From a virus (taxonomy: Duplodnaviria > Caudoviricetes), in the IMG/VR virus record IMGVR_UViG_3300006029_000074, positions 1-26,178 of that record: a stretch of DNA of 26,178 nt; one strand, 5' to 3'. Position 1 is the stretch's first letter. Each line of letters opens with the position of its first letter. Below, in pieces: positions 8,920-15,465 of the stretch. The position numbers and the translations under genes were made by a program. Below the pieces are notes generated by a model, which was not told the origin of the DNA, ran no database searches, and saw nothing but the letters and a program-made list of their open reading frames with translations.

Positions 8920-9639
8920 ATGGCAGAGGTTGAAATAGCTGGAGCAAAAATAACTGGTGGCAAACTTTTTTTTGCATTACCGATATTGGCGGCACTTGGT
9001 TCGGGAGCATGGGGTGGTTTCACGTTGTATCAAGAGTTTTTAGATTTGAGGGAAGCAACAGAAAATTACATTAGTCCTGATTTATCTCATATTGATAATC
9101 ATATGACGATGGTTGAAAAGGAATTAGGAATTATTAGTGCAGAGTTCTCAGCTTTACGCCAAGTGGACTCTGCAACGAACGCTATTATAACTGAACAGAT
9201 TAATTCTGTTAAAGAAATTAGTGGACGTTTGCAGTCGGATGTTCACGATTTAAGAATGGACGTTAATCAAGACAAAGCAGAATTGTTAAATGATTTAGAT
9301 GGAGCGATTGATAAAGTAGTTGCTCAATTAGATAAACAACAAGAGTTGTTAGATAAACAAGAAACTCGTAATCGACTATCTATAGAAGATGCAAGAGAAT
9401 ACATAAATCAATCACGACAAATTAATAAAGAAACTGAGAATATGATTAGAGGTTTAATTTCTAGTAGTGAAGAGCGCAGAGATAGAGTTGTTGACAGATT
9501 AGACATAAAGATTGCAGAGACGCAAACAATGATGGATAATATGTTAAAACAAAATAGAATAATGATTGATGAATTACAAACTAAGTTAGACGATAAAATA
9601 AGAAAAGCATTAATAAATCCATTGTTAGGTAAAAAATGA
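8920..9639 (+). CDS. N-terminally membrane-anchored long coiled-coil protein; function unknown
   Basis: TM segment LFFALPILAALGSGAWGGFTLY followed by a long Pro-poor heptad-like region, ending KIRKALINPLL. Confidence 0.8.
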   Translation: MAEVEIAGAKITGGKLFFALPILAALGSGAWGGFTLYQEFLDLREATENYISPDLSHIDNHMTMVEKELGIISAEFSALRQVDSATNAIITEQINSVKEISGRLQSDVHDLRMDVNQDKAELLNDLDGAIDKVVAQLDKQQELLDKQETRNRLSIEDAREYINQSRQINKETENMIRGLISSSEERRDRVVDRLDIKIAETQTMMDNMLKQNRIMIDELQTKLDDKIRKALINPLLGKK

Positions 9640-9785
9640 TCGATGATAGAGAAGCATTAAAACGATTAATAAAACGCATAGCTGATGAAATTCAAGACAG
9701 TGGTTCTGGTCATTTAATAACTGCTATTAATGTGATAAGAATTCAACTTAAAGAAATGGAAAAAGAGCATGGCAAAGAAACTTGA
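9636..9785 (+). CDS. Small helical hypothetical protein (49 aa; not in ORF track)
   Basis: Hand translation MIDDREALKRLIKRIADEIQDSGSGHLITAINVIRIQLKEMEKEHGKET. ATGA overlap with the upstream stop; fills the gap exactly. Confidence 0.65.
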   Translation: MIDDREALKRLIKRIADEIQDSGSGHLITAINVIRIQLKEMEKEHGKET

Positions 9786-10089
9786 AGCTAAAAGTAAATA
9801 CGCTGTTGCTGATAGCGATGGTGATGGCGTGGTTACAGATACCGAACTTGATCGCCATGCAATGTGGGTTCGTTTAGAGAACGAGGATAAACAAGCCGAC
9901 ACGCAAAGAATGATGGCGTTAGTCTCAATGTGTGTTTCGATTGCTGGTGTTATATTGTTGTTATTGCCAATTGTTACATTAGATAGAATGGCAGTTATAT
10001 CACCTGTTTTATCAACTTTTTTAATTGCTAACACTGGCATCGTGGCGGCTTATATAACTGGATCTGCTTTAAGTAAAACTAAAATGTAA
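9769..10089 (+). CDS. EF-hand-containing two-TM membrane protein (holin/antiholin-like)
   Basis: Canonical 12-residue loop DSDGDGVVTDTE followed by two hydrophobic helices. Confidence 0.7.
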   Translation: MAKKLEAKSKYAVADSDGDGVVTDTELDRHAMWVRLENEDKQADTQRMMALVSMCVSIAGVILLLLPIVTLDRMAVISPVLSTFLIANTGIVAAYITGSALSKTKM

Positions 10090-10101
10090 AGGTATATAAA
10101 C

Positions 10102-10188
10102 ATGAAACTAACTTATGGAAGATTAATAATAATATTAACAATTGCATCTATAGTAATATTATATTTTTTAATAAGTGAATTGGGATAA
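10102..10188 (+). CDS. Single-TM micropeptide (28 aa; not in ORF track)
   Basis: MKLTYGRLIIILTIASIVILYFLISELG; SD-like AAAGGT upstream; fills the intergenic gap. Confidence 0.5.
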   Translation: MKLTYGRLIIILTIASIVILYFLISELG

Positions 10189-10192
10189 TAAA

Positions 10193-10591
10193 ATGTTTAA
10201 CATATTAAGTTCGATAATTGCTCCTGTTGGTAACCTAGCCTCATCGTGGATGGAAAATAAGACTGAAAGTCAGCGAGGTAAAACTGCTGTCGCGAAGGCC
10301 AAGGCAGAAGCTGAGGCCAAGGTCATGGTTTCGGCCGCTACGAGCACTGCTGAGTGGGAAAAGATAATGGCTCAAGGCAGTCAGAACTCATGGAAGGACG
10401 AGTGGTTGACAATTTTATTTAGTATTCCTCTTATCCTTGCTTTTGCAGGGGATTTTGGACGTACTATGGTAGCACAAGGATTTGCGGCTTTAGAGGTTAT
10501 GCCGACATGGTATCAATACACTTTAGGCGTTATTGTTTCTGCTAGTTTTGGCGTTAGGTCAGCTACTAAATTTTTTGGCGGTAAAAAGTAA
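10193..10591 (+). CDS. Holin (3TM / GTA-holin-like)
   Basis: Start reassigned to ATG 10193. Motifs SWKDEWLTILFSIPLIL and P.WYQY.LG.IV.ASFG.R; immediately upstream of the endolysin. Confidence 0.75.
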   Translation: MFNILSSIIAPVGNLASSWMENKTESQRGKTAVAKAKAEAEAKVMVSAATSTAEWEKIMAQGSQNSWKDEWLTILFSIPLILAFAGDFGRTMVAQGFAALEVMPTWYQYTLGVIVSASFGVRSATKFFGGKK

Positions 10592-10603
10592 AAGGATTAT
10601 ACA

Positions 10604-11059
10604 ATGAGTGAATTTAAATTATCAAATAGAAGCCATGCTAATTTAGAAGGCGTAGATAATAAATTAATAACAATAGTAAAACTTGCAATTGCTGAAACTA
10701 AAATAGATTTTGGTGTAATTTGCGGATTAAGAACTATTGATGAACAACGAGAGTTGTTTAACAAAGGTGCGTCAAAGACAATGGAAAGTAAACATTTAAG
10801 TGGATACGCAGTTGATTTAATGGCTTATGCTGGAAGTCGTGCTTCATGGGAACTTAATTTATATGATGATATTGCTGACGCAGTTGCTAAAGCATCTCGA
10901 TTAACTAGAGTTCCTATACGGTGGGGTGCGGCATGGCATTTAGATGATATAGGAGATTATTCTGGCAGAATGGAAGACGCTATGAATGATTACATTGATT
11001 TACGACGATCACAAGGACGTAGACCTTTTATTGATGCTCCTCATTTTGAATTAATGTAA
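10604..11059 (+). CDS. Endolysin, M15-family L-Ala-D-Glu peptidase
   Basis: Motifs LS.RS..NLEGV, GLRT..EQ, SKHLSGYAVD (SxHxxGxAxD Zn motif), IRWG and DAPHFEL. Confidence 0.9.
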   Translation: MSEFKLSNRSHANLEGVDNKLITIVKLAIAETKIDFGVICGLRTIDEQRELFNKGASKTMESKHLSGYAVDLMAYAGSRASWELNLYDDIADAVAKASRLTRVPIRWGAAWHLDDIGDYSGRMEDAMNDYIDLRRSQGRRPFIDAPHFELM

Positions 11060-11258
11060 TTGGATTAATTGCATACTCCCAATAATCTAATGTCCATTTT
11101 TTTATAATTAAATCTTGTTTTATCATTTGATTTAAATAAATAATTGTTCGGTTTTTACTAATGTTAATAAGTGCGCTTACTTCACCCGAAGAAATAAACG
11201 CACCTTTTAATTGTTTTAGTTGATTATAAATCTGTTTTTTAATTAATAGATTACGCAT
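11028..11258 (-). CDS. Putative winged-helix DNA-binding protein
   Basis: Probable start MRNLL at 11258. ISSGEVSALINISKNRTIIYLNQMIKQDLIIK fits a wHTH pattern. Confidence 0.55.
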   Translation of the reverse strand: MRNLLIKKQIYNQLKQLKGAFISSGEVSALINISKNRTIIYLNQMIKQDLIIKKWTLDYWEYAINPITLIQNEEHQ

Positions 11259-11269
11259 TACAATTCGAT

Positions 11270-11347
11270 TTAAGATAACGAACCTATGATGTAAAAACCT
11301 AAAGGTATAATAAAGATGCAAATAGCACCTATAAAATCTTTAATCAT
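11270..11347 (-). CDS. Single-TM micropeptide (25 aa; not in ORF track)
   Basis: MIKDFIGAICIFIIPLGFYIIGSLS; SD GGGAG 6 nt upstream; ATGA overlap with the upstream gene. Confidence 0.55.
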   Translation of the reverse strand: MIKDFIGAICIFIIPLGFYIIGSLS

Positions 11348-11532
11348 TGCCAACTCCCATCGTGGATTATACCCCATTTAAATTTATAGCCAGTTGCATT
11401 GCAATCGTGGCAATCATCTCTGCCACCCATACCACTTAATATTCCTTTACCTTTACAAGTTGGACAATGTCTATCGGGATCATAATAATATTTATTTATT
11501 AATGTAGTAACAACATCATTTTCTTTAGTCAT
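11344..11532 (-). CDS. Small zinc-finger protein (two CxxCxxxG motifs)
   Basis: CPTCKGKG and CHDCNATG; start at MTKEN after GGAG. Confidence 0.75.
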   Translation of the reverse strand: MTKENDVVTTLINKYYYDPDRHCPTCKGKGILSGMGGRDDCHDCNATGYKFKWGIIHDGSWQ

Positions 11533-11533
11533 T

Positions 11534-11848
11534 TTAACTCCATCCTTTTGCGGCATTATATCCAGCTACATAACCTAGCATTTCTTCTTTGCTATTAAAT
11601 CGCTTTAGCTCGCTATGGTATTGAGTAAGTCCCATATTTATTGAATATTTATTAAAAGATATTACTCCCGTATTTATTATAGTTTCATTTGAGTTTTTCT
11701 TTTTTTGTACCCAATACTTTTTATAATTCCTAGCAAATATCGCGCATTGGTTAGCGTGATAATATTTAGCGTCACCTCGTAGTGAAAAGCCTATTAACTT
11801 TTTAACTTCTTTAAACTGTTTTTCATTTTCTTTTATATAATCTAACAT
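11534..11848 (-). CDS. Hypothetical early protein
   Basis: 104-aa ORF with strong SD AAGGAG. Confidence 0.75.
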   Translation of the reverse strand: MLDYIKENEKQFKEVKKLIGFSLRGDAKYYHANQCAIFARNYKKYWVQKKKNSNETIINTGVISFNKYSINMGLTQYHSELKRFNSKEEMLGYVAGYNAAKGWS

Positions 11849-11862
11849 TTTAGTTCTCCTTT

Positions 11863-12135
11863 TTATATCTGTCCAGTTTCAAGTAATATTTGCATATCGC
11901 TTTCGTCATTAGGGTCTAGGGTATAAAAACCTTCTGCTAGTTCCTCTTTAAGATAAGGAATTAAATCTTTTAATGAACTACTTCTATAAGAGACAGTAGT
12001 GGCGGTGCTTGAAACCCATGCTTTCATATCTGGAGCATAAAATAAAATATTCCAGTCTCCGCAACTATCTTTATCTGCGTCAAACGAAATGTCGTAAGTT
12101 TTGCAAATGGCTTCTAGTTTTTCTGGTGTTTTCAT
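11863..12135 (-). CDS. Hypothetical acidic early protein
   Basis: 90-aa ORF with SD AGGGAG. Confidence 0.75.
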   Translation of the reverse strand: MKTPEKLEAICKTYDISFDADKDSCGDWNILFYAPDMKAWVSSTATTVSYRSSSLKDLIPYLKEELAEGFYTLDPNDESDMQILLETGQI

Positions 12136-12532
12136 TTTATTTCTCCCTTTATAATTTGATATAGTTAATATGGATATTCGTCATTAAAACAAAATTCATC
12201 AGTAGATAACACGGGGTCTAGATATTCTTCAGAGTCTTTCTCAGCTCTATAATTAACTCCCCATGCTTCCAAAAGTTTACTTAGCCTTCCGCAAATCATA
12301 TTTTCATTTAAAGTAAGTTGATTAATTATTTCTCCATAACGATCTTGGTTTGAAAGAATCCTAGCCTCTAAATCTTGAGAATTAAAACTGTTAAGATTTT
12401 TTCTATTAATATCGTAATCTAATTTTTCAAACGCCTCTAAAGTTTCCATTAAATGTTGGAAGTCTGGGCGGTTTTGTGGCGAGGTATCATTAGTATTTGT
12501 GTAAACTGGTGTTTTCATTTTATTTCTCCCTT
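12123..12532 (-). repeat. 27-bp exact direct repeat covering the RBS and first codons of two adjacent genes
   Basis: AAGGGAGAAATAAAATGAAAACACCAG (minus strand) at 12123-12149 and 12506-12532. Confidence 0.95.
12165..12518 (-). CDS. Hypothetical acidic early protein
   Basis: 117-aa ORF with SD AGGGAG; first gene of the leftward operon. Confidence 0.75.
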   Translation of the reverse strand: MKTPVYTNTNDTSPQNRPDFQHLMETLEAFEKLDYDINRKNLNSFNSQDLEARILSNQDRYGEIINQLTLNENMICGRLSKLLEAWGVNYRAEKDSEEYLDPVLSTDEFCFNDEYPY

Positions 12533-12545
12533 GTTTGTTTCTTTA

Positions 12546-12584
12546 TAATATAATTATATTACATTATAATGTAATGGTTGTAAA
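12546..12584. promoter_or_regulatory. Divergent promoter with palindromic operator, copy 1
   Basis: Perfect 18-bp palindrome ATTACATTATAATGTAAT (12558-12575); leftward TTTACA-17-TAATAT; 32/39 identical to 14871-14909. Confidence 0.7.
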
Positions 12585-12612
12585 GAGGTAAAAACAGTTT
12601 ATTGTAATAAAA

Positions 12613-13032
12613 ATGGAGTTAAATTTTAATATAGAGGGAAAACCCATCGGCAAAAGCAGACCTAGATTTACAAAGTTTGGTCGAGCCTATACTCCAAAAC
12701 AAACAAAAGATTATGAGTTATATATTAAAACAATAGCTCAAACGGCTATGAAACGTGGTAATTTGACAATTACTGCCAATAAAGTCAGGGTTTTGTTAAA
12801 AATGATCTATCCTATCCCTGTATCGTGGTCTAAGACCGCAAAACAAGCCGCTAGAGAGGGCAAAGTGACACCTAAGGTTAATGACATAGACAATGTGGCA
12901 AAGGCAGTCTTAGACGCGCTAAATGACGTAGTTTATAAAGATGATCGACAAGTTTATTTTTTACAGGCTGAAAAGACGTATGAAACGCCTGATGATAAAC
13001 CTAAAATAACTGTTTATATTTGCTGGGAATAA
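12613..13032 (+). CDS. rusA: RusA-family Holliday junction resolvase
   Basis: Motifs G.P..K.RPRF and DIDNVAKAVLDALNDVVYKDDRQV. Confidence 0.9.
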   Translation: MELNFNIEGKPIGKSRPRFTKFGRAYTPKQTKDYELYIKTIAQTAMKRGNLTITANKVRVLLKMIYPIPVSWSKTAKQAAREGKVTPKVNDIDNVAKAVLDALNDVVYKDDRQVYFLQAEKTYETPDDKPKITVYICWE

Positions 13033-13340
13033 CTCCAGTCTGAGCCATAAGCTTCGTACCATCTCTCAGGTTCCCGATGAATTGCTATTTTAGATGTATC
13101 AAAATTGCCTTGATGATGTCCTTCACATAAAGGAATGGCATCGCAGTCATCGCGTTTTCTAAAACTATATCGGTCGTGAATTGGGTGATGTGCTTGAGTT
13201 CTTGATATTTGATGCTCTCCAAAAGTAGAACATATAACGCATTCTAATGTTCTAACATAATTTAGCCATTTGAGGTTTTTTGTTGGTTTACCTCGTTTTT
13301 GCCTGACTTTTTGTTTTAATAAATTACTCAAGAGGGTCAA
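13014..13340 (-). CDS. DUF968-like Zn-binding/HNH-like phage protein
   Basis: Motifs WL.YVR.L.CVIC, QAHH and D..AIPLC..HH. Confidence 0.7.
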   Translation of the reverse strand: MTLLSNLLKQKVRQKRGKPTKNLKWLNYVRTLECVICSTFGEHQISRTQAHHPIHDRYSFRKRDDCDAIPLCEGHHQGNFDTSKIAIHREPERWYEAYGSDWSYSQQI

Positions 13341-13725
13341 ATCCTATTGCTTCAGCTAATTTTGCCATAGTTTGTTCAAAATAGCTATTAAATTCTGTTT
13401 GAGTCATTTGTGAAAACGAAGTGGAGTCTGCTAAATATATCGCACCTCCTGTAAATTTACTGATTGCAGTTTCGTAATATCCACACGCCATTTTTAAATC
13501 GCGGTGGAGATGTTCAACTGTCGGCCATTTGCCAGTAGCTTTTACGGCTTTTGATAAAGCTATCCAATATAAACGATGATGTGGGTGTGATCGCTGAGAA
13601 ATAGGTTTGATTTCAAATTGTTGATTATTTTTAAATTGCTGGAATTGTTCAGCATCAAAACTAGAAACAGGTCGTAGCTGACCATCCATTAAATAGACGG
13701 TCAACTTAGTTTTATTTATACTCAA
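13324..13725 (-). CDS. NinB/DUF1367-like recombination accessory protein
   Basis: Motifs RS..HHRLYW, LK...G and STSF..M.Q.EF..YF; adjacent to ssb. Confidence 0.65.
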   Translation of the reverse strand: MSINKTKLTVYLMDGQLRPVSSFDAEQFQQFKNNQQFEIKPISQRSHPHHRLYWIALSKAVKATGKWPTVEHLHRDLKMACGYYETAISKFTGGAIYLADSTSFSQMTQTEFNSYFEQTMAKLAEAIGFDPLE

Positions 13726-14075
13726 AAAGGTATCTCATCGTCAAGTTGATTAACACTGTCCAATGCTTCAGTTGGACTAACATCCTGTTTATTTCCACCT
13801 AATAAATCTACTGACCTTGCAGTGATGCCTAAATAAGTTTTTTCGTTGTATTCGCGTTGAGTTAGATCACCAGAAAGACCAACCTTTTGACCCCTTTTTA
13901 AATAAGGCAAGATGCTATCTTTTCCCCAGTAACTAATATCAAAATAAATAACAGATTTATTATCTCCCCAGCCGGTATTAACAGCTATAGAAAAATTCAG
14001 TACTTTAGAACCTGATTGAGTGGTTCTTTGTTCAGCATCTTTTGTCAAATTTCCGATAGTTGATATGTTTAACAT
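13722..14075 (-). CDS. ssb: Single-stranded DNA-binding protein
   Basis: Motifs IGNLTKDAE, FSIAV and LKRGQKV..SG.L; C-terminal DDEIPF. Confidence 0.95.
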   Translation of the reverse strand: MLNISTIGNLTKDAEQRTTQSGSKVLNFSIAVNTGWGDNKSVIYFDISYWGKDSILPYLKRGQKVGLSGDLTQREYNEKTYLGITARSVDLLGGNKQDVSPTEALDSVNQLDDEIPF

Positions 14076-14620
14076 TAATTTATCCTTGCTTTTAATATTG
14101 AGTTTAATTCAGTTCCCCACTTAGGATTAACATCATTTAATTCGTTTATGGTATTTTTAATAATATCAATGTTTTCTCTAAGTTGTTCTTTTGAACTATT
14201 TTCTAGTTTGTTTTTATATTTAAAATACTTCTCTACCTCTGGATCAAATTGATTAGCATCGTCATCATTCTGATCGTAGCTGGTAATTCCTAACAACTGC
14301 ATTAAACCAGTTCGACGTGCATAAGTATTAGCCGCACCGATTCCTTGCATATGTAATTTTGACCCTAACTCAAGATATTGTCGGCTCGGTATAGCCTCAC
14401 CAGAACTATGAACTAACATAGTCTCGCAGTAATGACCAAACTCGTCTTTTCCAGATTTTGTAATAATACAAAAACCATTTTTATGAATTGGGGCTGATAC
14501 AGTATTTAACAATTGCTGTAACGAAACATACTTAGATCGCCATGCCGGATTGTTACTATCATTAATTAATTTTGGTAAATCCATTTGTAATTGTAATAAA
14601 CTCTCATAAATAACACTCAT
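14075..14620 (-). CDS. ERF-family single-strand annealing protein
   Basis: Motifs NP...SKY..L, T.L.H.SGE and QG.GAA.TYARR..L..LLGI...DDDAN. Confidence 0.9.
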   Translation of the reverse strand: MSVIYESLLQLQMDLPKLINDSNNPAWRSKYVSLQQLLNTVSAPIHKNGFCIITKSGKDEFGHYCETMLVHSSGEAIPSRQYLELGSKLHMQGIGAANTYARRTGLMQLLGITSYDQNDDDANQFDPEVEKYFKYKNKLENSSKEQLRENIDIIKNTINELNDVNPKWGTELNSILKARIN

Positions 14621-14847
14621 GACTTGTCCTTCAAATAAGGCGAAGCGGCTGACCCATTTTTCTGATGAGACTTAGCAGTTTCATTAACAATCTCCTCAAA
14701 TACTTTATAAAAGTTCCTATAAAAATAACTTTTATATTTATAATCATTATCTGGAAACGGCTCTGCCTGTTGAAGTTCGTTTATTTTATGTGCTGCAAAC
14801 AATTTTAATGTCAGTGGCGAAGGCCATTTTTGGTCGGTTGTCATCAT
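14617..14847 (-). CDS. Hypothetical protein
   Basis: Probable ATG at 14847, 9 nt after GGAG; ATGA coupling to the ERF gene. Confidence 0.7.
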   Translation of the reverse strand: MMTTDQKWPSPLTLKLFAAHKINELQQAEPFPDNDYKYKSYFYRNFYKVFEEIVNETAKSHQKNGSAASPYLKDKS

Positions 14848-14870
14848 TTTATTCAACTCCTTTTTTACTT

Positions 14871-14909
14871 TAATATAATTGGTTTACATTATAATGAAAA
14901 TATTGTAAA
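14871..14909. promoter_or_regulatory. Divergent promoter with palindromic operator, copy 2
   Basis: TAATATAATT-N3-TTACATTATAATG-N6-TTGTAAA, with a TTTACA hexamer on each strand facing each other. Confidence 0.7.
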
Positions 14910-14939
14910 CGTAAAAAATGTATTAATTGGAGAAAGTTA

Positions 14940-15122
14940 GTGGAATATAAATTATTAACATTGGAGAAAATAAAAGAACGATTAGGTGATCGCAATTTGA
15001 ATGCGGTCGCTAAAAGTTTAGGGTTACATTACAACAGTGTCGCTCAATTTACTAAAAAAGAATGTAATCCTAATTACAAAACCTTAAAAGCAATTTCATT
15101 ATATTTGGGAGAAAATAAATGA
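14940..15122 (+). CDS. Cro/XRE-like helix-turn-helix regulator
   Basis: NLNAVAKSLGLHYNSVAQF..NPNYKTLKAI; GTG start after GGAG; first rightward gene. Confidence 0.8.
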   Translation: MEYKLLTLEKIKERLGDRNLNAVAKSLGLHYNSVAQFTKKECNPNYKTLKAISLYLGENK

Positions 15123-15331
15123 GTAAAACACAAAATATGTTAATCTTAGAGCATTATTTTAAAAAAGGTAAAACAATTAACCCAATTGAGGCAAGAGAAA
15201 AACCTGTTAAAAGTATTCGATTAGCCGCTAGAATTCACGATTTAAAAGTAAAGGGTTACAATATCGGTAAAATTATGGTGACATTGGACAACAGCACAAC
15301 GCCTGTTGCACAATATCATTTGATTAAATAA
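15119..15331 (+). CDS. Small winged-helix protein (HTH_39-like)
   Basis: Motif Q...IL....G.TI.P.EA....RLAARIHDLK..GYNI. Confidence 0.75.
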   Translation: MSKTQNMLILEHYFKKGKTINPIEAREKPVKSIRLAARIHDLKVKGYNIGKIMVTLDNSTTPVAQYHLIK

Positions 15332-15361
15332 AAAAAGGCTCTAGCTTTTTAGGGCTAGAGC
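15330..15361 (-). terminator. Rho-independent terminator oriented for a leftward transcript
   Basis: Stem GCTCTAGC/GCTAGAGC with an A-run on its left (U-tract on the minus strand) and no T-run on its right. Confidence 0.65.
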
Positions 15362-15465
15362 TAAATTGATGAGTTTAAAATGAACAGTTACAGACTACCA
15401 AGTACCTTAATAAATCTTTTAGCTCACCAATTTAAATAACACAAGTAAAAAGGGAGATTTATTTT

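Noticed and set aside
7004-10040. Minus-strand ORFs (7004, 7557, 8085, 8485, 8810, 9714) as hidden spanins
   Set aside because: They are antisense shadows of well-supported plus-strand genes, with no convincing lipobox signal peptide.
11344-11532. DnaJ chaperone
   Set aside because: Only two zinc-finger motifs; no J-domain or HPD motif.
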